63,917 nt of DNA, taken from contig NC_068984.1 of NCBI RefSeq assembly GCF_001194135.2, positions 127,355,658 through 127,419,574 of the forward strand, read 5' to 3'. Under the pieces are notes generated by a model, which did not search any database, was not told the origin of the DNA, and saw only the letters and a list, made by a program, of their open reading frames with translations. The DNA comes from Octopus bimaculoides (taxonomy: Eukaryota). The translations under genes and the position numbers were made by a program. Positions 36,795-49,978 of the stretch are shown piece after piece. Numbering within the stretch: the stretch's first letter is position 1; each line of letters starts with the position of its first letter.

Positions 36795-38599
36795 CTGGTT
36801 TCAATGTTTTGTCGAAAAAAAAAATGAATAAGTCAACTGTGGTATTGCTCATGATATTAAAGATTAAACAATGAGTTTGTGCTTTAAACATTAAACAATG
36901 AATTAATGAGATAAGGAACAAAAGTAGTGCATTGGTTAAAAGGTATTTCATTGTAGAGAGAGAAACAAATACTTTCATAGGCTTTATAGGACAGGGAAAC
37001 ATTATTTGGGAGCAATTATTTTGAGAAACCTCTATTGTATTAGAATTAATGTTGGTAAACGGAATAAATGTTTAATACAAGGCTGCTTTAACCAAAACTC
37101 AAAACTTTGAAACTAGCGAAGTTGAAAAATTACATAAAAATAGAGGAAATTAAACAAGTAGTAAAATTTATGAGATAATTATTAAATCACAATACACAAG
37201 CTCATTTTACAAGTTAAAAATTTATTTATCTTCATTTGTTTTAACATATTCCTGATTCTTATCATAAATCTCTTTTGAATTGAGAATAGAACTGAACAAT
37301 TTAACAATCTATAGAATTCATACTACCAAGATATAGTTATGAAAATATTAGCAAAGTAATGTTTTACCATAAATAGGAAAATTTGGTTGCATTAAAAGTA
37401 AGAAGCTGTTTGATACAGAAAAGAATTACGGTATCTGTGATAAGCTGAGGATTAATTATGTAGGATAAGTTAGGTGAAGTGAAGGCATATATCAAGAGAA
37501 TTGTACAAAGAGAATCTAAGCAGATGTTTCTCAGAAATCATACAAAGAATAAAAAAAGAAAAGCAATCTGAATTCATTGGAATTAGCAAAAGAAGATTAA
37601 TATGATTATGATTATACAGAAGGAATGGAAAGTTTGGAACTGAATGAAATAATGATTGCTAGTGATTAGAAATAACTAGGGCAGAAATAGACCATGAAAA
37701 CATGGGAGGAAGTGATGATTGATTTGATAGAATTTTGGCTAACATTTTAGATAAAGATAAAATGAGAAGAAATAATCAGATACACAAATGTAATCAATAG
37801 CATCAATGAAGACACAGACATTAATGTACTCCTATTGATGAACTTTCTAAAAGAAATTTTTCTGTCTTTTATGCATCTAATCTCTGATATGTTTTGCATT
37901 CTCTCTAAACTAATAGACAGTTAGTGGTCAGCAATAGCCAGATGTGCTTCCTCTGGCCCCACAAAATCAGTAGGAGAAAGAACAAGAATATAATTCCAAT
38001 TCAAATATACACATTTGAAACTTTTAAAAGTTGAAATTTATATTTAAATATGCAATAATCTGACTTTTAAAATTTGGTATTGAAAGGGTAAATGGTTATT
38101 CCTATTCATTTTTAAAATGAATTAAACAAAAGAAAACTTGATTTCATCTTTTCTGTAATTACAAAGTTCACAAAAATCTTTGTAATCACAAAGAATAATA
38201 AAACAAACTCGTCAAATACTGTTAATACATGGTGATTAAATATAAACTTATTTGTAAATAGATACAACATGGTTGCTACAAACATTAGAGAGCCAAACTA
38301 TTGTACTTTTCTTAGCTTTACAAAAATGAATATTTGTGTATAATAATTCCCTAGATTAGAATGCAACATTTGACAGCATGAACGATAATGGCCAAGTGAT
38401 CACTATTCAACTGGAATTGTGTATTGAATTTTGAACAGAGAAATGTTACCTATGTGTCATGTCAATACATTGAAAATGTAACAGAGAAAAAGGAGGACCC
38501 ATACAAAAATGAAAAAATGGTTAGTCACTTGGAAAGACATGATATTGAAATTTTGAACATCTAATGACTTGTTCCATTTGAATGTATTTATAAATTGTT

Positions 38600-40213
38600 T
38601 CAGTGACTTCCCAAATATCTGGTACACAACTTGCCTGGCATAACTGCCTGTCTATGAGTTCCTGCCATTTCTTGTCACTTTAATCAAAGGCTTTCAGTCA
38701 GATCACCCTATTGCAGCAAGTGCTGATGGAGTTCTCTCTGACACACAGTCTATGAGCTCTGGTGTATCCCAGGGTTTAGCTTTATCTCTCAACACACCTT
38801 CTTACATGCATCAATGACCTAATTGTTGTCACTTCCTACCACACAAAATCCTACCCAGATGATACCAGATGTTCTACACTTAAGTGTCATCCACACACAA
38901 TCTAGTCTACTCCTGTTAAATCAGCACCAACTCCATGGACAATAATCTTGAAAAACATCATCATCATCGTTTAATGTCCGCTTTCCATGCTAGCATGGGT
39001 TGGACGATTTGACTGAGGACTGGCGAACCATATGGCTACACCAGGCTCCAATCTGATCTGGCAGAGTTTCTACAGCTGGATGCCCTTCCTAACGCCAACC
39101 ACTCCGAGAATGTAGTGGGTGCTTTTACATGCCACCGGCACGAGGGCCAGTCAGACGGTACTGGCAACAGTGTTTTTTTATGTGCCACCTGCACAGGAGC
39201 CAGTCCAGCAGCACTGACAATGACCTTGCTCAAATGTCTTTTCATGTGCCACTGGCACAAGTGCCAGTAAGGCGACGCTGGTAACGATCATGCTCAAATG
39301 GTGCTATTTACGTGCCACCGGCACGAAAGTCAGACAGCTGCTCTGGCAATGATCACGCTTGGATGGTGCTGTTAGTGCTCCACAGTCATCAAATTTGGTT
39401 CAATTACGATTTCAATTTCACTTGCCCCAACAGGTCTTCGCAAGCAGAGTTTAGTGTCCAATGAAGGAAAGGTTGGCATCCAACAACTTCTGCCATTCTT
39501 TCTTGTTCAACAGCAAGGAGACACAATTAGTGTACATATCAAGAAAACTATTAAGCATCTCACCTCTATCTCAGGAACATGAACGGCAGACAATTAGAAC
39601 TCTTTCAGTTGCTTCAAATGCTAAGCTTCACCATCACCAAAGATTTCTCTCCTGGTGAACACAAGATTGCACCACAAAGGCTGGTCTTTCTCTTCAGAGC
39701 CAAAATATACTTCAACCTTCAACTATTACCAACTCTCAACAAAGATTAATTGAAACCCATGATAGAATGTTGTTTCAATACCTTGGACAGTGCTGCTGCT
39801 ACACACACACACACAACATAGACCACATCTAAAGAAAGGTCGTTCAACTGGCTAGTATGATTTTGCAAGTAAACACACTTTCAATGTCTGCTCTTCCGTC
39901 TCTGATTTTTCCTACTGTTACTACAATAGCCATTGCTTCTCAAAGTTGGCAACTCTGACAGTCCCAACTTATTTGTTCCTACTCCTCTTGTTATTCATAT
40001 TGTGTGCATCTCCACAGACCCTGCACTAACCACTATGCTCAACCTTTCCTTCTCGGTATGTTGGCCCGCTACAAGTTCTTCCCTGAACATGTTCTCCATG
40101 AAATTATCCACTTGCAACAGTTTGAGAGCAACATTAACTATATTCTCATTGGTCTTGGAAGGCTTCTCAAGGCCATGGGAACATCTCTTCATCTTGACCA
40201 TACTAATAAAAAA
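38600..40213 (+). mobile_element. CR1/Jockey-like LINE, RT to 3' end, interrupted by a SINE
   Basis: SGVSQG (38758-75), INDL, YPDD (38852-63, cf. YADD), FNSKETQ, MNG, LFRAK, CTNHYAQPF...LQQFESNIN; ends ctaataaaaaaa. Confidence 0.85.
38956..39473 (-). mobile_element. Young family D SINE nested antisense in the LINE
   Basis: catcatcatcgtttaatgtccgctttccatgctagcatgggttggacg... with internal gtgccacc/ggcac subrepeats; CpGs retained. Confidence 0.9.
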
Positions 40214-40459
40214 ATCTGAGTTTTAAACATTCAACAATATACAGACATTTAAAATAAAAATGTTAAGTCCTGTATATATAAATCTTATTAGAAACAAATC
40301 AATAATGTTGATTTTTAAATAAAATACATTTTCCACAAATATTGGTTTCTTTTCCTACTTTAGAATGAAATAATTATTTTATACCTAACTAGTATTAACA
40401 GGACTTTTTCTCTTTTTCTCACTTTATTTTTCACTTAATTAGAAGAAGAAGAGCAATGT

Positions 40460-40541
40460 TTATGACTGCTACATGGGGGACAAAAGGGCAGTCCTTATGA
40501 CTGCTATATGAGGGAAAAAAGGGCAGTCTTTATGACTGCTA
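40460..40541. repeat. 35-bp tandem repeat, 2.3 copies
   Basis: ttatgactgcta at 40460, 40495 and 40530. Confidence 0.85.
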
Positions 40542-41134
40542 CAAGTTGAAGGCAGAGGAGATCAATCCTCATTGCAGCGTTTACTTACATCTTAGCTCAA
40601 GAAATTTAAATTAATATCATTTGCAACCTTATTTGGTGGGATAATAAAAGTGATACTAAATATTGGAATAGAAAATTGTGCAAGACCTTCCAGAATTTAG
40701 TCATAGTTTTGTTCACATCAATGCAAAAATTGAATAACTGATTCAATAATTATAGATTTCTAATACTTTTTAAAGTTATTTGTCAAATCCCATTTGAACA
40801 AAATCGTTTAAGACATTTACTGCATTTACTTATAAATTGTGCTTTCATCAATATATTTATCCCTCCTTCTATTTTGAGAATATTGAAGTAGTAAGTAAAT
40901 CAATTTTAAAATATTTGCCAGAGTAGTTCTTTATAGTATATACTAACCAGGCTTCCTTGTATATTTAAAAAGAAAATGAACATTGAACATTGCAATTTTC
41001 ACATACACTTGTATACACACATCAAGGTTAAAAAGAGAAAACTGTACCAGGATCATAATGTAAGCAGACCTATTGATCACAAGTTTCAGTGATTAAGTAA
41101 TAAACAATATATTCCAATATTCACAAATATATTA

Positions 41135-41331
41135 GATGGTGAGCTGGAAGAATCATTAACATGTTGGTCAAAATGCATAGCAGCATTTCATCCATCTTTA
41201 TGTGCCAAGTTCAAATTCTGCTGGGGTCAACTTTGCCTTTCATCCTTTCGGTGTCAATAAAATAAGTACTAGTTGAACACTGGGGTCGATGTAATTGTCT
41301 TACCTCATCCCCTGAAATTTGAAACCAATAT
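41135..41331 (+). mobile_element. SINE family B (tRNA-derived head, CORE/Meta-like central domain)
   Basis: gagctggaagaatc A-box-like; agttcaaattc B-box-like; ctttgcctttcatcctttcgg...aataagtac...ctggggtcgatgtaat. Confidence 0.8.
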
Positions 41332-42798
41332 TCACCAATATAAATACTAATTCCCCACATTTCTCTACAATGTGTCAAGAATGCAGACCCATGCAAGACA
41401 GAGCCCTAATAGATAATTACTGAGAGTATAACAGAAAAAAGAAAGAAGTTTAAAATTGTGCAGATAAAAATATGAAATATAGTTTATCATTTGACACTAA
41501 TAGCAATTCTACAAGGAGCAAGCTCATGGCAGAATAGTCTGCACCACAAAAGTTAGTTTACTTGGTCAGTAGATTAAGAACAATGCTGATCTAAGAGTAT
41601 TGTTAAATTATACATAGTCCTACCATATTATATAAATTCACAAAAACTTGAAAGTATTAAAAAATATTGATGCTATATATTTGATTAACTGTTTACTGAA
41701 TAGTGTATCATAGGTAGTGAAAATGTGCTTAGAGTATACTCTATCAGGTAGTACAAGCTTTTGAGCTGACATTTCGATGTGTAATCAAATAGACTGGACA
41801 CTTGTAACCAAACATCTTATTTCTAATTTTTCCATGGACGAGTTTTAATCTTAGATGGGATTTACTTTAGAGAGCATGTATTTTTCGGTTTGTCTACAAA
41901 AGAATATAGCCTAAAGTGTTTATTTTTATTACACAAATAGGGACATCAGTAAATCAGTAAATTTGAATTGGATATATAGCCCTTTTCTGGGAACTCGGTC
42001 AATTAATTAATTACTGATCCTAGTTGGGATTCTCTTAGAGATTGATACTGGCTATGCAGATATTCTTTTTCTGTCTCGAGAGAAATTAGGTAAAAAAAGA
42101 CATTTGTTTACATTTTCTAGTGTACTCAAACACACATTGCAGCATCAGATAAACTCATAATATAATAATATCTATTCTATTTCAATATATTAAATAACAT
42201 ATTTTTGATAACTTTCATTTACCTGAAATACAGTATTTACCCAAAATACAGTATTAGTGCATTGATAATTAATTAATCAATCTTGTTGCTAGCAAAGCAC
42301 TATGTATGCAAATCAGATTTACCAATTTACCAAAGTCTTTGTAGTAGCTGTATCAGCAACTTTAAGCTGCATTACTCTGGAGACAAAGGTGAATATGCTA
42401 CCTCTGAAGAGAATCTCAATTCGGATCAAACCCATTCAAATGAAAATCTCTTTTCAATTCATTCAGAAATTTGAATGAAATACATTTGTTTACACTTGTC
42501 CAATGTATCCCATTATACACAGCAGCAACAAATAAATAGAAAGAAAACTAGCACTGCTTGAAAGAATATACTGTAATATATAGTTCCATTATGCATTTGA
42601 TCTGGAAATTTGCAACTCTGAAGCAAACAAAAAGGACTCACAGCCAGTACTGATTAGAGAGTGTGTCAACCATGCCAATTATTTAGGTAACTTCACCATT
42701 ACCAAAAAGAAAAAAACACCAAATTGCAGAAGACACAATTCTATATTATAAATGGTAAATATAGTTCTGTATGGAACAGTGAGTTATATAATACTCAC

Positions 42799-42846
42799 AT
42801 CAATGAAACTAACCATCCACATCCAGTTTTGTGGTATTTGCTGATA
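42799..42846 (-). CDS. Candidate 48/42-nt exon ((YQ)QIPQNWMWMVSFID)
   Basis: aatattttatag|TATCAG|CAAATA...TTCATTGAT|gtgagtat; two in-frame acceptors; phase 0 to 0. Confidence 0.38.
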
Positions 42847-45204
42847 CTATAAAATATTTTATATATATTACAAGGGGCCTTGCTTTGGTTATCTATGCTT
42901 ATGGTCATAGCTTAGCTTCCTCTTTGCGTATTACAGTCATTTTACATTGTCCTCATTTCTTTAAGCTGCTCTGAACATGTAATATATAGGCTGTGCATGT
43001 GTAGCAATAAACTTTTAGTTTGTCACATCTGCTAATTTTTACAAGAGTCTAAGCATTGATTTCTTGCAACCTTTGTTCATAGGGCAGCATTTTACACACA
43101 AGAATCAATTTTCTAGTTCTATGTAAGATTGATTGTCATTTCTTCCATATAAAACTTTGGAAACCAAAGTTTTATATGCTTCTTTATATGCTTCTTTATA
43201 AACGTAACATAACACAGTGCAATATATTATATTGCCATTCATTGAATATATTTCACAATTTATATCCACCCTGAAATCTTTTTTTTTTCTGGGCCCAAGT
43301 AGTGAGAAGACATGGTTTTTGTATTTTATGTATTTATAACATTTGTTATTATTTCTTATACTCATTAAAAAAGTAGATTTGTAGTAGCTCATTAAAATGA
43401 AAGCTATGACCTGATAACAGTTCTCGAGGGGCAGTTTTTGGAGGTATGCTAACATAATAGAACTTAAAATGCAGCAGTTGAAGGTGGAGGAAACAATGGT
43501 AAGTAGCATTTTAATTAGACACTGCAGTTTGAATTCACAGGAGAGAACTCAATGGCTTTTAGCAAAATTCAGTTGTTAGAATAATAAGTATGCCCTTCTA
43601 AGTCTAAATGCACAATTCTAGAATCTAATAGCTTGAATTTATATAAACTCTGTTTTTCCCAAAATAGCAATAAAATTTATTGTAGCAGGGAACTTTAATG
43701 GCCATCTCCGTAAATCCCAACACATCTACAGTGCTGTACATAATGTGTGGCAAAGGGGAGCATTAGTTGCATGGTGTTCGGTGATTCAAATAATTTAATT
43801 ATCTATGTTATTAATTTCAGAAAGTCAGTCAACCAACCAAGTGTCTACCAATCAAGTGGAGTTATATAGATTTTGCTCTCAATAAGCAAACGGTAACGAC
43901 TATAAATTCAGTCCCTTCAATAAGAGGGAGTTAAGAATAAAATAAGTAATGAATGAAATGTGTAATTAAGATTTTCTAATTATCAGTGTCTTTCATGTAT
44001 TGAAACTACACTTTGATCAGAAGCTAATTGTCTTCAAATATTCCATTTGTATACATACATTTCTTTCGGTAGGGTTTCAACACTAAGCCTTTATTTTGGA
44101 AATAGACTTTCAATGCTCTTATGCACTATGCCAATGTCATGTAAATTCAAATTTGCATGAAGCCCAATATTATGTATATACGTAGACCTCCAAACATAGA
44201 ATAGATAGAAGCAGAATAAATAGAGTTAACTGTGCTTGAAGTCTAAACCACTGTAATAACAATGAAATACAAACAGGAGTGCATTGAAGATGAACATTGA
44301 TCTAAGTAGAGATTATTTAACAAGTGCAATAAAAAGTCAACTGTGAGGACAAGGAGTTATCACATTTTAAATAATGCAGAGAACAACAGACACTAAACCA
44401 AGTCTGTGATTGGATCTAGAAACTTACCTATGTTACAAATAGATTAGATTGAATGTGTAATAAATTAGATTATAATGCTAAAAAAGAATCAGATGATGAT
44501 GGTATCAATGATCTATTTGAAATCAGGATCAGAAATACTTTTAGGAAGGTATTACTGCATGTATTTACCTGACAATTCAAATTTTTCTCTCACACTCTCT
44601 AATTATGATAACAATGAGAGTGAGTTCCAAGACTTATACTCTGCTTATTCATGACTTATCACTCTCACTTTTTCATTTCTCAAAATGTTGGCAGTCATAA
44701 ACTATCATATTCTTTACAACCAAGACTCCATTCTCTTACTCGGTGAATCTTAATATAGTTTTCTACAACAAGATCTACTAGAGATAAGATTTATTACATT
44801 ACATTAGTTATTAGTGAGTGTTACATACTTAGTTTCTCATTGACAATTCTTGTAGACATAGGAATAGTTATCTATGCTCTCTATACTCTAGTGACTTCTT
44901 AAATTAACCATTCTTAAATTAAATCTAGAACTCATTTTGATAAGAAATAGTGTGTCCTTTATTTAACTTTTCTTTAATAAAGTTAAAATAGGTAAGAAAT
45001 GTTTAATCACAACTTAAAAATGATAATGATTAATAAAGAATGGAAATACTTTCTGTGCAGGAAATATTCTGACAATGATATTCTTACTAGATTATATAAG
45101 TGGCATCTGAGATTGGAGGAATGTGAAGGAGGAAAAACCATAGATCAGCAAATACAGTCCATTAAATGATCTTCCATACAATTTTCATATATTCAATGTC
45201 ACAT

Positions 45205-45369
45205 GTGTCAACAAGAGAAACTTCTACCTGCCAGAAATTCTGGCTAAATTTCCTTCAAATAACACTACCTTTACAAATGAAGGATAGATTGAATAATATG
45301 GTATAAGCCGGAATGCATTTTAATCATGCCTGTCTGGTCAGTTTTGATCTGGGGTTAAATAACAACAAC
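45205..45369 (+). mobile_element. SINE family E, old copy
   Basis: gccagaaattctggctaaatttccttcaaataacac...gatctggggttaaataacaacaac. Confidence 0.55.
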
Positions 45370-46404
45370 TATACAGTTTCACTAACAAATCTTGGATTAT
45401 CCCCAAGCCATGGTGGAAGACACTTTCTCAAAGTGCTGCACAGTGAGATCAAACCCAAGACCACTTTAATCATATGAGCAACATTGGTATTACACTTGAT
45501 GGCTGAAGGTTATAGATTAAAAGTATTCATTCCATCAAGGAAATGGTTAATTAAAAATGATCTGTGCTGTCTTAACTGATGCTCAAGATGTTTTTCTTTT
45601 CCTTTTACTGGTTCTTACAAATTAAATGCAATGAATTATTCATTTAATCAAGAAATAGTGAAAATAGTAAGGAACAAGTTGTTTGACAGTCCACCTCAGT
45701 GTTACATGTGATCTTCTGATCTCATCAACACTAAATCTGTCACCTTCACTGCTATAAGAGACTGAATATAACATTGTTTACTTGTTAATTATTGTACATT
45801 TGCTAAGTGATTCTCTCATCATTATTTCAGCAAGTACTGAGAAATCTATGCTTCACATACTAGCCTAAAAACACTGAAACATGTCCAGCAGTCTTTTCTG
45901 GATGTACCAAAATAATTGAAATAGACTTAAGTACTGAGCTGATTACTTTTTCTCATTATATAATGATTTTTGATTAGCTTTTTGATGCTCACTGCAATAA
46001 ATATGCTAACACTAACTTCACTATTGTTTTCATGCAAATGACATCGGCAAGTAAATTCCCTTATTTGTTTTTTTAGTCATCCTAAATTTCACACCTACAC
46101 AAAGAGTAATTCCCTCATCACTAGAAGTATAGAAAAGTTTACGCTTCTTTTAGAAGGTCTAAAAAAAGAAAAACCTGTCTACAATTATCTCCCATACTTG
46201 TTGAAATGATTAAAATGATATTAGCTATTTACTTCACCCACCCTCATATAAATATGAGGTAGCCATATATCTTCTCTACAACAAACCTGTTCTTGTCTCT
46301 TCTGTCATACTTAACCTCTCAACACCTTACATGAAACCACCTCCCTTTCTATTATCCTTCCTATAAGTTTGAGTGAGCTCTTTAGCTTTGTAAGTTACAT
46401 GGCA

Positions 46405-46616
46405 ATCTCACTAGTGCTGGTGCCACTGAAAAAAAGCAGCCAATATGATCTTTAAAATGAATGGCATTAAGAAGAGCATTCAGTCATACAAACAATAACA
46501 AAACTGATACACTAGATAGAGCAAGGCATGGTCCTCCAGTCTGTTGGATTCTGCCAAATAGTCCAACCCATGCCAGCATGGAAAGTGAACATGAAATGAT
46601 GATGGTAATGATGACC
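46405..46616 (+). mobile_element. Family C/D SINE 3' part
   Basis: cactagtgctggtgccac...ggcattaagaagagcattcag...ccaacccatgccagcatggaaag...gatgatgg. Confidence 0.7.
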
Positions 46617-47659
46617 TAATGTTGTATTCCCCTCACAACATAATTATTTTTAATTAGTTTTTGATGCTCTGTGCATTAAGTACGTTAACACTAACCTAAC
46701 TACAGATTAGTTAGCTGGGTAACTGCTGCAATTACCAAGCTAAAGTTGAGTAACTGATTAATGAGATACATCTAATTTTTTTTCTGAATTTTACTATTCA
46801 AGAAGGAAATAATTGAACAACTTAGAATGTTATTGAAGCAATAATTGATTAGAGCTCTGAAAGAACAGAATATGTCTACTAAAAGCTAAAAAATTATAAT
46901 CAAACAATACCTTATCTTCCTCTAAGTTTGGACACCTGTAGACCACAACTACACTGAAAATTAACAAATCATTTCATCTATAATGAAGTGTTTTTCAATA
47001 ACCAATTGTGACTGAAATATAGATTGATTATAGCTTAATATAGATCCAACACCCAACTGAACTTTTATCTAACACACATACACCTAGGAAAAATAATTTT
47101 AAACATTGATGTTAACATAAAATATACTGCCACTTATTTGCAATAAGGGACACACATGACTAAGTGATATAGCAGACTCTGGGACAACAGTGTTTTAGCA
47201 TGACTGTGCCTCTTCAGTCAGAGACATTTTCTAAAGGGAAGTGTTCTCAAAAGACAAACTTCAACTGTTAGGAGCATATTTATGCTGACATCTGATGAAA
47301 TGTGTTAAAAATGAATATACACATCATTTTTTTGACTCTCACTGTTTTGCATGCTCTCAGTAATATATCTGCTTGGCAGACATTAGCATACATCAGAAAA
47401 TATTTTATTTGCTGAATTCTGAAATTAAGAACAACTTTGCTTGTTTAGATTCAGAATCCCCAGTGGTGTTTCTGATTAAAGATGCACAATTATGCCAGAA
47501 AAGTGTCACAGGAATCTGCTACATCACTGAATCATGCAGGTTGTCAATATACATTGTTGAAAATGAAACTGAACAGCTCAAATCTGTGAGAACATGTCAT
47601 GAATGACATCTTTGTTTTGGTTGCTGTATGCTCACAGTTATTCAATAATACTAATACTA

Positions 47660-47765
47660 ATAATTGTTTCAAATTTTGGCACAAAGCTAGTAGTTTTAGG
47701 GAAACAGGTTAATTGATTACACTATCTCTGATACTTGACTGAATCTTTATTGATGCCAGAGGGAT
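47660..47765 (-). mobile_element. SINE family B 3' fragment
   Basis: gtttcaaattttggcacaaag...aattgattacac. Confidence 0.5.
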
Positions 47766-49110
47766 CCCATGTTGGCATGAATTGGGTAGGTTGTCATGGG
47801 AGCTACTACTCTAAAAGACTAATGCCTGTACATGTCATTTGGCTTGGTTTCTAGATGTCCTTCTTTATAGAGTGTGCTGCGTACATTTTCTTGTGGTACC
47901 AACCAATACTAGAGTTCTTAATAAACTAAGAAGTGTAAACTGAGAAGGGAAATAAGAGACCAACGCTAGCAGAAAGGGTAGAAATGGGTAACTCAAAGGA
48001 GGATAGGAGCATTAGGTTCAATCCATCACCACCACCACCACCACCACCACAAAAAATACTATTATACCACATTGAACAGTTGGACAAGCAAGTTCTCCAA
48101 AAACTTTGCCACCTTGGAACAGCTCATATTCTTAGGTATTTTCTGTCTAAAGATTTTTTGTTAAGGTTTGAAGGTTAACAAGAAGAAGACAAAAAACAAC
48201 AAAATCCAATATTTTAAATCTATACTGTGCAATGAATAAAAATGTGCCAAATCAACTTTGAAGAGAAATAAAAATTAATAAAGGAAACAATAACACCATG
48301 TTAGATAAGGAAGAGAGATAAGAGACAAGATCAAAGTCAGATAATTTACAAATACTTAGAAACTAATGTACTAGATATAGAGTTCAACATACAAATGAAA
48401 GAAACATTTAGGAAGGAATATTATAGATGCATTAGATTAGTACTTAAAACATAACAAATTAACAAAAATAAAACACTGAGTATGAATATTCAAGCTGTTT
48501 CAGTGATAAGTTATAGTAGTATTTTTAACAGGAGGTTAAGTGAACTAACAATACTAGACAGTTGGAAAAGAACAATATAACTGCATTTAAAATACAAGAA
48601 CAAAAAGCTAACACAAGTACCACAAATAGAGGGAAGGAAGGGGCCTTCTGTAACAACAAAATTATCATATAATTTCTATGGTAGGGCTACAAAAATATCT
48701 AGAAACTAATACAAATAACTACAAAACACAAAGAAAACTAAAAACTGTTTCCTTTTTGCAAGGAAACCAGAAAATGAAAAACAGAGACTGGAGTAATATG
48801 CAGCTGTGAAGAGAATGAGAAACAACAAGAGAAACTATTAAAGAACTAAAATCTAGTATGAGAATTGGATTACAGAAGGTTATGTTAAGTCAATGAAAGA
48901 AAACTTTGTACATTGCCAATAATTTACAAGGTTGAACAAAAGTGAATGCATCACAGCACTAGTTGAGAAGTACAGGACTCAAAGGCTGTCATGGAACGAT
49001 TTTTAAACATAGCACAAGACTGAAGTCTTCCCTCCTGAAATTGTGTCAGCATTATGAAACATTTACAGAAAATAGATGGTGCAAACATACACCATGAATG
49101 GGTTTATATA

Positions 49111-49160
49111 GACTGTACTATCCTGATGATGTCAAGTAGACCAAAACATATGTCCACAGC
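49111..49160 (+). ncRNA. Degenerate minimal type I hammerhead-like motif
   Basis: CTGATGA tgtc aagta gacc AAAAC atat GTC; G12 replaced by A; palindromic stem III ACATATGT. Confidence 0.35.
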
Positions 49161-49827
49161 TGTTCCTTGCTTGGAAACAAAGATCAAATTGTCCTCTCCT
49201 TAAATATGTAAACAGTTCTGTATATTTTTAGGCAAGTGTAATCTATATAATTAAAAGTTAAAAGAAATTACTCAAAAGGTGTCAACAGGATGAATTTGAA
49301 TAACTAAGATAATGTGGGATATATCGAATGTGCTATATAATTTATTTAGATTTTCCTCTGAGTTAGACACACAAACAAGTCCAGCAGAAATTGTTATGAT
49401 TCACAAAAAGAAAGGGAGAAAATTTCAAGAGATTAAGAAATTTTCCAAGTTAATTTACATGCTTATATTATTGACAAAGGACAGTGAAGTGAACTAAAGG
49501 AAATAACTCAACATGCTTAACTCGGTTAGGCAGTACTATATTGATGAGGTCAAATATACTGAAACCTATGTCCATACTTTTCTCATGCTGGCAAACAAAA
49601 ATTACACTTGTCACTATTTTTGTTTTCTGTCTCCAACTCAGGAGTAAACAGAATTTGAGAATGCTGTCCTTTTATTCTAAAGAATTTTTTCAGTCATAGC
49701 CTCAAGTTTGATCAATACTTTGTAGGTGAAATTTAGTAGTTGAGAAATGTACAGAAACTCTGTAAGTGTATGCATGTGTATGTGTGTGTGCGCATGCATG
49801 CATGGGTACATGTGCACATGAACATAT

Positions 49828-49978
49828 ACAGAGTAGGTTTCTGTACAGTTGTTATCTACACAGAAAGTGTTGGTTAACCTGAGACTGTAGCTGAAGAAAC
49901 TTGCCAAAAATGTCATGCAGTGAGATTGATCTCAGAACAACATGGTTGAAGAGTGAACTTTTTGAACACAGACACATG
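49828..49978 (-). mobile_element. Old family A/C tRNA-related head fragment
   Basis: gaagaaacttgcc...gcagtgagattgatctcagaacaacatggttg...gtgaactt. Confidence 0.5.

Noticed and set aside
39933-40226. Three overlapping protein-like ORFs that look like a host exon
   Set aside because: One frame is the C-terminus of the CR1/Jockey-like LINE; the others are its alternative and antisense frames
43422-43498. Plus-strand segment ending at a strong donor (FSRGSFWRYANIIELKMQQLKVEETM|gtaagt)
   Set aside because: Acceptor lacks a pyrimidine tract, and the segment does not fit the plus-strand chain without extra exons
49575-49672. Minus-strand 98-nt phase 2 to 1 candidate exon that would link 58510 to 36794
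   Set aside because: Only phase convenience supports it; the peptide is unremarkable and the splice sites are moderate
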